Shown here: positions 24,805 to 36,784 of the stretch, piece after piece
How the letters are laid out: the number at the start of each line of letters is the position of its first letter
Numbering within the stretch: the stretch's first letter is position 1
NCBI RefSeq assembly: GCF_006345805.1
Contig: NC_042997.1
Coordinates: 30,628,001 to 30,692,000 of the forward strand
Direction: 5' to 3'
Origin: Octopus sinensis
Lineage: Eukaryota
DNA: 64,000 nt
The notes under the pieces: generated by a model
Databases searched by the model: none
What the model was told of the DNA's origin: nothing
Seen by the model: only the letters and a program-made list of their open reading frames with translations
Position numbers and translations under genes: made by a program

Positions 24805-26915
24805 CTGGAAACAAAAATAATTTCACATAAAAATGGTAAAAAATATATATAAACAACACAATTCCAGCATCCACAACAAGCAAATCTTATCTGCTATGAT
24901 CTATGTGTGCTTTTATACACCAAGTGCTTAAAATGAGAGGATCTCTCAAGGTTAATAACACAATATTTGGGGTTCTAACAAGACATCCAGGTTAAGTTGG
25001 ATATAAAGATTGCCTTTTGACACTAATACTGCTTCCATTACAAATAATTATTTAATAAGCAAATTGGCTATTTGTGACGTGTCTGAAAGATGCTATCCTA
25101 TATATTGCAGCAGCTACATCTGACTGGCATGCAGTAACTGGACACTTCCCAGATGATTTCCAATAGAATGAAATCACATGATATGGGAATTCCAGTGCAC
25201 ACAATGGATGATCCATGTGTGTGCTTTTAAGCACCAGGCATCTATATAAGAGGATCTCTCAAGGTTAATAATGCAATATTTGATAGTCTAACAAGACATC
25301 CATGTCAAGATGGATATAAAGACTACACAATAATTTTACATTTTTGCTCCATTTTTAGATATCTACAGAAGTGGGTTAAAAATTAACTCACTCCTGTGGA
25401 GGTAGTTTGTGTTACAATAAAAACTATTTTTACAACTGAAAGCCCCCATCTATCAATAATCATTCAACCATGCAGTAGAAATAGAATCTGATTTTTGCCA
25501 ATCTGGCAAACTGAAGCAAGCACAGTTATGTAAGGTCTCTGTCAGTTGATGCTGACCATCCATCTGCATACATATGTGCAAGACTGGGCAAGATTTTTCT
25601 TTTGAAGTTAAGAGTTACCCATACATGGAAGTTTACCCTGAGAAAGGACATGTTGGACCAATACAGTTTGGCACCAGTGTTATTACAGGTACTGATGTCA
25701 GAATACAAAGAGTCAGATACAGACACAGTATTTTGTTTAACTCTCTATCAGTTTCATTAATTCATCATCAGTGATTAGCACATCTTTTTATCAACCCTGG
25801 AAGGATAAAAAGTAAAACTGAGCTTAGCAGGATTTGAACTTACCCTGAACCAAGCTAAGAAGATTATAGCAAGATTTGAACTTACAATCATGGAATCAGT
25901 AAGAAAATACTTTAACTTCACAGCTACTAATATTTTTTGTAATTGTCCCTTTGAAAATAGTTAGGTATTTAGTACTGTTAGATATTTATTTTACTAACCC
26001 ATTGAAAATAGAGGTACCCACAGTTAAGTATTGATTTTGTATTTCATTCTATAAATTTCCTTAAAAAAAAAGCATTATATAGAGACCTTCAGCTGGATTA
26101 CTTCCACTTCAGTGTTTGCAACCAACCACAGTTGCATAATTTCAAATATTACTATTGCAGTCACTGCACTGCATCTTGCTTCAGGTGGGGTCAGAAGGAA
26201 GGGTATCCAGTTATAAAAGGGTAACCAGTTATAAAAACACATATCACAAAGTTTAGTGTTCTTATAGTGAATGGATCTCTTAAACTCACTGACTAAGAGG
26301 TGTTGCACTGGCTGGAGAGAACCTAAGCCATCTCACCTGCTGTGTCTGCTTAGAAAGCACTCAAGAAGAAAGAGATTTGGACTCAACACTGTGTGTTAAC
26401 AAACCAAATGACCCATTCTAGTGGTCTTGCTGCTTACAACAATAAACTGTATCACTCAAGGTCATCTATTTACAGGGGAGTGGGGTTACATGAAAGTAAA
26501 ATTAGTGGTAGTAACGTATTATGTTGACTAAATGGAAACTAACCAAAATTTGGTACTCTGTTTACACATTTCTTGATTCACAGACCTTTATTTCTCATTC
26601 ACAACTAATTATTATTGGGACCATGGGACCATGCACAAATTGGTCATTGGGCAACAGTTGAAACCATGGGACTATGCACAGTGGCCTAACATCACACATC
26701 AGCTGAGCATCTTTGGCCATGCAGAGAGCAGGTGTTTCACCAAATGTGAAACACCCAATGGGCAGTTTGACAGCCTACCTTCACTCAGACAGCTTCAACC
26801 TTTATATCATTCTTATAGCAATAAAAGGTTAAGCAAAAAAACATGAAATCTACTACAAATCATATCAAGTACAGGTTAGATCTGACAAACGAGAAATATT
26901 AAAAGGACAACTTAC

Positions 26916-27050
26916 CTGCCAAGGAAAGTAAAGAGGAGTCTGATCAATTGGAACTTTTAGTGGAACAACAATAACCAGCTCAAATAGCATCCCCAACAGT
27001 AATGGAATCACCCCGAGCAAAAATGTAGCAATGGTCAAAGATTCTAGAGC
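26916..27050 (-). CDS. MARCHF6: MARCHF6 exon 17: ALESLTIATFLLGVIPLLLGMLFELVIVVPLKVPIDQTPLYFPWQ
   Basis: attccag / gtaagt, 135 nt, phase 0/0. Confidence 0.95.
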
Positions 27051-27119
27051 CTGGAATGCAAATCAAATATACAATTAAGAATTAAAGGCAACCTTAAAAT
27101 TATAGTTATGTAACTTCTG

Positions 27120-27420
27120 TGGAGGCGCAATGGGCCAGTGGTTAGGGCAGCAGACTCACGGTCGGAGGATCGCAGTTTCGATTCCCAGACCGGGCATTGT
27201 GTGTATTTATTGAGCGAAAACACCTAAAAGCTCCACGAGGCTCCGGAAGGGGGTAGCGACGACCCCTGTTGTACTCTTTCACCAAAACTTTTTCTCACTC
27301 TCTCTTCCTGTTTCTTGAGTAACGCTGTGATGGACTGGCATCCCGTCCAGCTGGGGGGGAACATATACGCTACAGAAACCGGGCCCATGAACCTGGCTAG
27401 GCTTGAAAAGGGTGACGAAG
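27120..27420 (+). mobile_element. SINE family C, tail type 2
   Basis: Same head of about 170 nt, different 3' half. Confidence 0.8.
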
Positions 27421-27442
27421 AAAGAATGTAACTTCTGCTAGT

Positions 27443-27658
27443 TTAACCCCTTTGTTACTATATTTCTGTTGAAATAGTCCACCTTTGTTTCAATTAATTT
27501 TGAAATAACGAAGAAACTGCCATTATCAAGTTGCTGTTTGGAACATAAATTACAATTAAAATTTGATAGGCATTAATTGAAATCACTTTTAAAACAGAAA
27601 TTTGTATCATAGAACTAAAGCCAGTTTCAAGCAAGCACACTGGTATCAAAGGGGTTGA
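27443..27658. mobile_element. Degenerate piggyBac-related MITE
   Basis: ttaacccctttgttac ... caaaggggttga; body resembles the 22717 end of the piggyBac. Confidence 0.5.
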
Positions 27659-27794
27659 CATAGCAGACAAATCCATCTCAACAAACATCCCACTATCTTT
27701 AAATTGGAAATGAAAATAGGCTGACAACAAGAAAATCCAAATGAATGCTTTGTTCAATCAGCTACTTCTATGTCACAAGTCAACTCAACTACAG

Positions 27795-28003
27795 ATAATC
27801 TTTTCTACTCTAGGCACAAGGCCTGAAATTTGGGGGGAGGGGGGTTCAGTCGATTAGATCGACCCCAGTACATGACTGGTACTTAATTTATCAACCCCAA
27901 AAGGATGAAAAGCGAAGTCGACCTCGGCGGAATTTGAACTCAGAACATAAAGACAGACGAAATACCACTAAGTATTTTGCCCGGCATGCTAACATTTCTG
28001 CCA
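27795..28003 (-). mobile_element. SINE family B variant
   Basis: Shares the head and body up to the GTACCAGT/GGGGTCGAT segment. Confidence 0.75.
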
Positions 28004-28114
28004 CCACATTACTCAACTACAGATAATAAAAACATTATCAAAAGCACAGAAGTTAAGCACTATATCAACTAACATCTCCGTAGCTTACATTTCCAAATTT
28101 AATAAAGCTTTGTT

Positions 28115-28690
28115 GGGGAGTGGGGTTACATGAAAGTAAAATTAGTGGCAGTAACATATTATGTTGACTAAATGAAAACTAACCAAAATTTGGTACTCTG
28201 TTCACACAACATTTCTTGATTCACAGACCTTTATTTCTCATTCACAACTAATTATTATTGGGACCATGGGACCATGCACAAATTGGTCATTGGGCAACAG
28301 TTGAAACTCTGGGACCATGCATAGTGGCCTAACTTCACACATCAGATGGAAGCAATTTTTGAGGTGACCAGCTTATTTCTAGGTTTGCTGACATTCCTAG
28401 GACCCCTCGGTCCCCTGATTTGTCCATGTGTGATTATTTCTTGTGGGGAAAACTCAAGGCACATGTGTATGTGCATAAGCCCCATACACTGGACGATTTG
28501 AAGGAAGCTATTCGTGTGAAAGTCACCCAAATCGACAGAGCAATGCTGGAGAGAGCGGAGGCCAACTTCCAAGAATGCCTTCAGAAATGCATCAATGAAA
28601 ACAGATACCACATGGTGGATGTTGTTTTCCACACTTGAGTTAGATAAATGTTAATTCAATTCAAACACACTGATGCCAATAAAATTTGTT
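28115..28690 (+). mobile_element. Tc1/mariner remnant with transposase C-terminal fragment (28420-28638)
   Basis: PRSPDLSMCDYFLWGKLKAHVY..PHTLDDLKEAI, the typical C-terminal DDE region; first 230 bp duplicated at 26475-26702. Confidence 0.75.
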
Positions 28691-29139
28691 TGCAGTTTGA
28701 TCAGCCTGAGGCTATAGTAGAAGACACTTGCCCAAGGTGCCATGCAGTGGGAATGAACCCAGAACCATGTGGTTGGTAAGTACGCTACATACCACACAGC
28801 CACTCCTGCGCCACTATGTTCAAAATTAAATGAAAAAAAGACCCTACTTTTGACCTATAAAGAATTCAATAAGCATTATTAAAAAAAAATCAGCTGAGGT
28901 GAATCTAAAGAAACTTTGATCATGTGATAATACTAATAATGATATTTAACCAGCTATTGTTTATCAAAACTAAGCTGCCAACTTTAAATAGTTATAGTTA
29001 TAACAGACAAATTATGGAATGGATTGACTTTAAACCTTCACACAATACAGTATATATAACATTGCTTATAACACAAAAAAGTTAGACGTTATATTTGTTT
29101 CTGATAGGGGACAAACACACACATGCATTTATATATACT

Positions 29140-29901
29140 GTGGTACCAGTGCCTGTGGCACACAAGGAATCCATCAGTGCTGTAGTCAGTGCGGTGGGCA
29201 CATGACAAACACCATCCGATCGTGGCCGTTCGCCAGCCTCATCTAGCACCTGTGTCGGTGGCACATAAAAACACCATCCGAAGACCCGGCAAGACTAGTC
29301 AGGCCATAACCCATGGCCCCTACCTGGGACGTAGTCAGTCCACCTGTGCATACCTTCCTTCTTGTGACACTTGTGAAGACCTGTTGAGGCAAGTGAAAAT
29401 CAAAACAAATCAAAATAGATGAACATCAATGGAATTTGTATCTTTGTGGTACCAGTGCCGGTGGCACGTGGCACACAAGAAAACCATCCGAACGTGGCCG
29501 TAGCCAGTACCGCATCGACTGGCCTCCGTGCCGTGGGCACGTAACAAGCACCATCCGATCGTGGCCGTTTGCCAGCCTCATCTGGCACCTGTGTCGGTGG
29601 CACATAAAAACACCATCCGAGCGTGGCCGTCTGCCAGCCTCGTCTGGCACCTGTGTCGGTGGCACATAAAAAACACCATCCGAGCGTGGCCGTTTGCCAG
29701 CCTCGTCTGGCACCTGTGTCGGTGGCACATAAAATCACCCACTACACTCTCGGAGTGGTTGGCGTTAGGAAGGGCATCCAGCTGTAGAAACACTGCCAGA
29801 TCTGACTGGACTGGTGCAGCTTTCGGGCTCCCCAGACCCCAGTTGAACCGTCCAACCCATGCCAGCATGGAAAGCGGACGTTAAATGATGATGATGATGA
29901 T
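29140..29901 (+). mobile_element. Family D repeat with an internal tandem array of about 62 bp
   Basis: 29400-29901 is nearly identical to 33985-34488. Confidence 0.75.
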
Positions 29902-29977
29902 TTCAAGAAATTCATGAATATTTAATTGAACAAAACTCATGAAATAACAGCGATAAAATTTTACAAAAGAGGCTTAC

Positions 29978-30159
29978 CAAAATAGCCCACTCTTTGAGCT
30001 TCTTCATGATAACAGCGGTCCCTTGTGGAATCCAGTTGTAAAGTACAGTAGCTATTCTCAAAAGTAACCAACACATATAGAGACCACATGCAGCAGTGTA
30101 CAGTTCATGGACCTTGGCATCCCCCATCCAAATAGCCATTATTTTACGGCCAATGAAAA
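29978..30159 (-). CDS. MARCHF6: MARCHF6 exon 16: (V)FIGRKIMAIWMGDAKVHELYTAACGLYMCWLLLRIATVLYNWIPQGTAVIMKKLKEWAIL
   Basis: atttcag / gtaagc, 182 nt; HELYTAACGLY motif. Confidence 0.95.
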
Positions 30160-30567
30160 CTGAAATATTCAATAATAGTATATAATTCAATAGAAGAAAA
30201 ATAGAGAAAAAAAACACAACCTTTTATTTTTGTGTTTGCTTTTGTTTTGTTTTTTTGGTAATGACTTTGATAAGGACTTATAATGCAAACAGGTAGCACC
30301 AGCCAAGTGAAAAAAGCAACACATGCTGATAGTACCAAATATGAATAGCAGAGGAAAAGCTAAGACATAGAAAGAAATACTGAGGTCAGATTTTTGGATG
30401 TTGGGCTTAACAGGTCATATAACAGTATCAAATAAAGTAATAATATGCTATATTTTGGGCTCATTTAATTCATTGAAAAATTAATATTAAGATAATGAGG
30501 ATTACATATGTTTTTTCCATGGTAGGCTGAGTACAGTAGGGTTCTGAATTTATATATATATATATAT

Positions 30568-30975
30568 ATTAATAAATAAAACATATGCATATATATATAC
30601 ATATATGTACGTACCTACCTCTACATGTATATATACACGCATATATGAGTACAGGACACCAAAAAAACGTCGAACACAATGAGAAACGAAAACAGACACA
30701 AACCCAAGGAACTGGACATTTTTCTTAAACAACAAAAAATAGAGTACAGGACAAATAACACAAGGAAAAAAACCCCTTCTTCAGTCACCATGGTTTCATC
30801 TACTCTACGTTTCAAAGCACCTTCGAAACGTAGAGTAGATGAAACCATGGTGACTGAAGAAGGGGTTTTTTCCTTGTGTTATTTGTCCTGTACTCATATA
30901 TGCGTGTATATATACATGTAGAGGTAGGTACGTACATATATGTATATACATATGCATATGTTTTATTCATTAATA
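30568..30975. repeat. Long inverted repeat / foldback palindrome
   Basis: Inner arms 30742-30813 and 30825-30895 differ by one indel; outer arms about 30568-30657 and 30885-30975. Confidence 0.92.
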
Positions 30976-31849
30976 TATTATATGACGGAACGCACGCATC
31001 CCTTTCTAAGTAAGATTGTTCTTGATATATATATATATATACATATATTAATTAGTAAATTGTTGAACACATCAATTTACTATTAGATGCTAATAGAATA
31101 ACAATGGTTGGCATAGTTAAGTCTGAACCTACAACCATGTAGTACTAGAATTCAATATGTTAACTTCACAGGAAAATTGCCACATGTTGGACAGCAGAGC
31201 TACTCCATCACTCAGTTTAAAACCACCACCCAGTCAAGTTCAAGAGAAGTTCATTCTGTAGCAAACATTCAGACCAGGTAGTCAATCTCAAGATAACTCA
31301 GTGAGTTCCTTCCTATAGCAACAACTCACGAATTAGGATTTCTTTTGCCATTTAACTTAGCCCAGCTGCAGAGGCTCAATTAAAAAGTCAGAGGTTTTGC
31401 AATAGGCCAAAAGTCCTGTAAAAGGTCACAGATACTGCATAAAGTGATGGGCAATGCCTATGTCATTCCAGCTAAGCCATAAAACAACACAAAACTCAGT
31501 TAAGAAAATATCAATATTTCATAACTAAGTATTGGTTTTTAGCTGAAGCAGCTATAGCTCCAACATGCATTTTTTTTTTTTTTCACATTTATAATACTAA
31601 AAACCAAAGACAGATATATGACATATTCATATAATAATGATGAAAGTAATAGAAACAGGGACTTCATTTTTCTTAATTACACCCAACAAGTATATATTCA
31701 AGCAGTTTCTCAGCCATATGACATAGCATGTCTTACGAAACAAATCGCTTATAAATTTCAGTAAATTCTAAGTGAAATAAAAGATACAGCATGGATTTAA
31801 TGGACAATGGTTAACAAGGAACAAAAATAAAATTTTCTCCAAGACTTAC

Positions 31850-31919
31850 CTGGAACTACTAACGAGATCAAACTAGCAATAAATAAAGTGATACACATAA
31901 AGACAACAAGGAGGAATAC
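31850..31919 (-). CDS. MARCHF6: MARCHF6 exon 15: VFLLVVFMCITLFIASLISLVVP(V)
   Basis: ttttcag / gtaagt, 70 nt. Confidence 0.94.
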
Positions 31920-32210
31920 CTGAAAAGATAAAAAAAAAGAACAGAATTAAAATAATATCTTTTAATTATATCCTTATTACAGTTCTGTTGAAATACACTT
32001 TCCTTTATTTTAATAAATTTTTAGAATAATGAAGAATTTAGTGAAATAATTTTTATTAAGCTGGTGTTTGAAACAAATTAACATGAAATTTTGATGGAAG
32101 ATTTCAGTTTAGAAAACTTTAAAATAGGAAATTTGTATTGTAGAAACAGAAGTGACTCTCAAGTGGGTCAGGTTAAAAATACTCTAGATTTATAAATGTA
32201 TGTGTATACA

Positions 32211-32431
32211 TACTCTTTACTCTCTCTTTTACTCTTTTACTTGTTTCAGTCATTTGACTGCGGCCATGCTGGAGCACCGCCTTTAGTCGAGCAAATCAAC
32301 CCCGGGACTTATTCTTTGTAAGCCCAGTACTTATTCTATCGGTCTCTTTTGCTGAACCGCTAAGTGACGGGGACGTAAACACACCAGCATCGGTTGTCAA
32401 GCAATGCTAGGGGTCAAACACAGACGCACAA

Positions 32432-32482
<51 letters not shown>

Positions 32483-32648
32483 TACGACAGGCTTCTTTCA
32501 GTTTCCGTCTACCAAATCCACTCACAAGGCATTGGTCGGACCGGGGCTATAGCAGAAGACACTTGCCCAAGATGCCACGCAGTGGGACTGAACCCGGAAC
32601 CATGTGGTTGGTTAGCAAGCTACTTACCACACAGCCACTCCTGCGCCT
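32211..32648 (-). mobile_element. SINE family A
   Basis: Full-length copy with the same boxes and tail. Confidence 0.88.
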
Positions 32649-33780
32649 ATGTATGTACATAATATCTGAATGTGCATGAGTATATAAACAAGTACAAGCT
32701 TACATCTAATATTCATTTTCTCTATGATTTGCAGTAGTTTAGCCACAGTTCAGCCTTGACTAGGAATACCTATGATCAAAAGCATCCTAGTCATGAACAT
32801 CCTTTTGAATATTTAAGACTACACAGTCAAATGTGTAGACAAAGGAGTAATGTGAGGCAGATTTGGCAGATATTTCTAGAAGATTGAGCAACACATTAGA
32901 GGGTCAAGGCTTAAAGGTAAATGTCCAGCCTAAGAGCACAATACAATAATCACTCAGTAAAGATCTTAAAATTCCAGCATTTTACCCTCACTGGAAAAAA
33001 TAATAAAATCTATATCTTAGGCAAAAGCAACAAATTCTGGCAAAGAGTATAATCAATTTAATTGAGGTGGACAAAGGCAAGAGTGGGGGTGATAGGTAAC
33101 AACAGAAGTAGCCCAAAAGAGAGTGATAGTTGGCAGTATAGAAATGGTAACGTTAGAGTGTACTGTGTACAGATGTTTTGAAGCGACTTCCTATACATAT
33201 TCTTAGTGATCAGAGAATGAGACAGAGTGATAAAAATGGTCTAATGTAGTCAAGGAAGATCCCATAAACAAAATACATTGTGGTATTTAATTATAAACCC
33301 TCTACATGCCAAGTTCAAATCCCAACCAGGTTCACAAAGCCTTTTATCACGCTAATGTCAATAAAATATAAGAACATGCCAATAAAGTTAAGCACTGCAG
33401 GGTAATTCACTATAGCCTACAAGGCAGACCCAGTCCAATGACTGAAACTAGTAAAATAATAAACGTATGAATATATATATATCGTTACCAACGTCGCCTT
33501 ACTGGCACCTGTGCTGGTGGCATGTGTAAAAAGATTTGAGCGAGGTCGTTGCCAGTACTGCCTGACTGGCCCCCATGCCAGTGGCATGTAAAAAGCACCC
33601 ACTACACTCTCGGAGTGGTTGGCGTTAGGAAGGTCATCCAGCTGTACAAACTCTGCCAAATCAAGATTGGAGCCTGGTGCAGCTATCTGGTTTGCCAACC
33701 CTCAGTCAAAATCGTCCAACCCATGCTAGCATGGAAAGCGGACGTTAAACGATGATGATATACACACACACATACATACA

Positions 33781-34682
33781 GGTGTGCGTGGCTGTGATAA
33801 GAAGTTTGCTGCCCAATCACATGGTTCTGGGACCAGTCTCACTGTGTCACACCTTGGCAAGTGTCCCCTACTATAGCCTCAGGCTAACCAAAGCCTTGTG
33901 AATGGATTTGGTAGGCAGAAGCTGAAAGAAGTTTGTTGTGTATATATATATATATTATATATATATATATATATATATGTATAAATCAAAACAAATCAAA
34001 ATAGATGAACATCAATGGAATTTGTATCCTTGTGGTACCAGTGCCGGTGGCACGTGGCACACAAGAAAACCATCCGAACGTGGCCGTAGCCAGTACCGCA
34101 TCGACTGGCCTCCGTGCTGTGGGCACGTAACAAGCACCATCCGATCGTGGCCGTTTTGCCAGCCTCATCTGGCACCTGTGTCGGTGGCACATAAAAAACA
34201 CCATCCGAGCGTGGCCGTCTGCCAGCCTCGTCTGGCACCTGTGTCGGTGGCACATAAAAAACACCATCCGAGCGTGGCCGTTTTGCCAGCCTCGTCTGGC
34301 ACCTGTGTCGGTGGCACATAAAATCACCCACTACACTCTCGGAGTGGTTGGCGTTAGGAAGGGCATCCAGCTGTAGAAACACTGCCAGATCTGACTGGAC
34401 TGGTGCAGCTTTCGGGCTCCCCAGACCCCAGTTGAACCGTCCAACCCATGCTAGCATGGAAAGCGGACGTTAAATGATGATGATGATGATATGTGTCTTG
34501 TGTCTGTGTTTGTCCCCCAACTACCGCTTGATAACTGGTGTTGGTTTGTTTATGTCCCTGTAATTTAGTGGTTTGGCTAAAGAGATCGATAGAGTAAGTA
34601 CTAGGCTTTAAAAAAATATGTCCTGGGGTCAATTTGTTTGACTTAAAAAAAACCCTGACTGAAACAAGTGAAAGAATAAAAG
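33781..34682 (+). mobile_element. Old family A SINE split by a (TGA)n-family insertion (33985-34488)
   Basis: Head at 33781-33960 and 3' half at 34490-34682 are colinear. Confidence 0.7.
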
Positions 34683-34705
34683 AATATATATATATATAAT
34701 CTTAC

Positions 34706-35158
34706 CCGTATAGAGAAAAAAGATGATCTTTTATATGCTTGAAAACCAGTTGGCCCACCACCTTGAAGCATAGCCTGATGGACAGCTCCAAGTCCAGCTT
34801 GGACTTGAGGTGGTGCTGGTGCAGGAGCTGGGGGTGGAGGTGGCGGCGGCGGTGGTGGAGGAAGCTGCTGTGGAGGAGGAGGGGGAGGAGCAGGAGGAGC
34901 AGCTGCTTGGTTGTTGGTCTGGTCAGCCGGGCCGTTATTCGCCGCTGCTGTTCCTGCCGCCTGAGCAGCAGGCTCGTTGGCTGCTGCTGCCGCTGCCGCT
35001 GCTGCTGCTGCTGCAGGCTCATTTCCAGCAGGTGCTGCTGCGTTGTTGTGCTGACCATCAGCAGCAGCACCACCACCTGCACCACCACCACCAGCTGCAG
35101 CACCAACACCGGCTCCAACACCTCCATTACCAGGTTGGTCTCCATATATAATGTTATC
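34706..35158 (-). CDS. MARCHF6: MARCHF6 exon 14: DNIIYGDQPGNGGVGAG...poly-Ala...poly-Pro...AGLGAVHQAMLQGGGPTGFQAYKRSSFFSIR
   Basis: ctctttcag / gtaag, 453 nt, phase 0/0; 3' end matches vertebrate GLHAAHQAILQQGGPVGFQPYRR. This frame is absent from the ORF track. Confidence 0.92.
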
Positions 35159-35717
35159 CTGAAAGAGAGAAGAGAGAGAGACAATAATGAGATTATCAAA
35201 TTACAATATTCACAAAGAATTTTCATAAAGTAATAAATTGGATGAAGTGGTGAGGACCAATCACAAGATTTTGGGACTCGCAGAGGAAATAACAGTGGAC
35301 TGTGATGCCCGGTGATATGAGGCTCTGGAGAAGACCCACTCATGTCAGTAAACTCCAGTTCTAGAAGCGTTGTGTTCCACCCACACATAAAATTTTCACA
35401 CACCATACCCCAACAAACCAAACTACATCCCCTATTCCCAAACCGATTCTCTTCCCTTCTTCACATTTCCTCTTCATACACGATTATCCCCCACTCCCCA
35501 ATCCAGTCCTCACTACCCTGCTCGCCGTACCATTGCATCCCCCCATCCCCTCCCACTCAATATACACCCAGATTCTCACCAGTCACATCATTCCCCACTC
35601 CAACTCCCTACTCGCAACTTCTTGGCTCTCGTTCATCTCTCTCTTCCTTACTCCACCTACCATCTATGCCCTGATTCTTGTTCCTTGCAAGTATACCTTG
35701 ACACTTAAGTATACCTT

Positions 35718-35947
35718 AAGGCAACGAGCTGGCAGAAACGTTAGCACACCGGACGAAATGTTTAGTGGTATTTCGTCTGCCATTACGTTCTGAGTTCAAA
35801 TTCCGCCAAGGTCGACTTTGCCTTTTATCCTTTCGGGGTCGATAAATTAAGTACCAGTTACGCACTGGGGTCGATGTAATCGACTTAATCCCTTTGTCTG
35901 TCTTTGTTTGTCCCCTCTATGTTTAGCCCTTGTGGGCAATAAGAAAT
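35718..35947 (+). mobile_element. SINE family B
   Basis: 19-bp TSD AAGTATACCTTGACACTTA at 35689-35707 and 35948-35966. Confidence 0.88.
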
Positions 35948-36499
35948 AAGTATACCTTGACACTTACTGGCATCTCTCTCCTTATTTCAAAACCAACAAA
36001 ATATATTTATATACCTACAGAAGGTGGCATCACAAACAATCCCAAGTTCAGATTAACAAAAATCAAAGGACCCCAAGCAAAATAAAGAGGTTTTTTATTT
36101 TTTATTTTTTTTAGCTAGGTAGAGTAATACAGGATAATCTTGCCTTATGACCTACTCTTGTTTTGGCCCATTTTAGCCATGACTGAAAGCATCTTAGTTA
36201 TAAACATCCCAATCTTTTCTCAGGCCTTGTATATCTTAGACAACATCATTCAATGTATTTCTCCATGTTTAAGACAATATAGCATAATTTGAGGAAGGTT
36301 TAGCTGTTATTTTTTAAGTGATGGATCATTAGCTCAATAATACAATAATAGATCCAGAGGAAGTGGCAGTGTGTGCATGAGTACTCTAGGACCAGAGAAA
36401 TTGATACCGTAAACATTAACACTGGCAGCTAATTACAAGAACCGTGTAAAAATATGAAAACACAATAATAAAGGAAATGGAAAAAGAAAGCAAACCTAC

Positions 36500-36784
36500 C
36501 TGTTCAGTCAAAGCAATGTCGCCAATGAGATAGGACCGGAGATCGAGTAGCCATGCCATAGCAACAGTCCATCCACGGACTACCCCTTTCAGCCAGGCCC
36601 TAATATAACCCTGTTCAAGCAAGGCTGGTAAAACAACTTGCAACAGGAGAAGCTCTAGAGAAAGCTCACTCATAGCGGCGTCGCTGTTGAGAACAGCATT
36701 GTAAGGTAGGAACTGTGGCATCACCTTCCGAATCACTCGGACTGGTAGCCACAGCATCAAGAGAACTGTACTTCCAAATATAAC
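36500..36784 (-). CDS. MARCHF6: MARCHF6 exon 13: VIFGSTVLLMLWLPVRVIRK...SELSLELLLLQVVLPALLEQG...DLRSYLIGDIALTEQ
   Basis: tttgtag / gtaggt, 285 nt. Confidence 0.95.

Noticed and set aside
29300-29400. Possible HDV-like ribozyme in the GC-richer segment inside the family D repeat
   Set aside because: Could not build the nested double pseudoknot by eye
29082-34632. Repeated ORFs such as MPPTQVPDEAG... and MILCATDTGARR...
   Set aside because: Translations of the family D internal tandem array
34702-35421. Three long ORFs overlapping exon 14 (239 aa minus; 164 aa and 113 aa plus)
   Set aside because: Alternative frames of GC-rich triplet repeats lack stops by composition; only the unlisted minus frame fits the splice phases and MARCH6 homology
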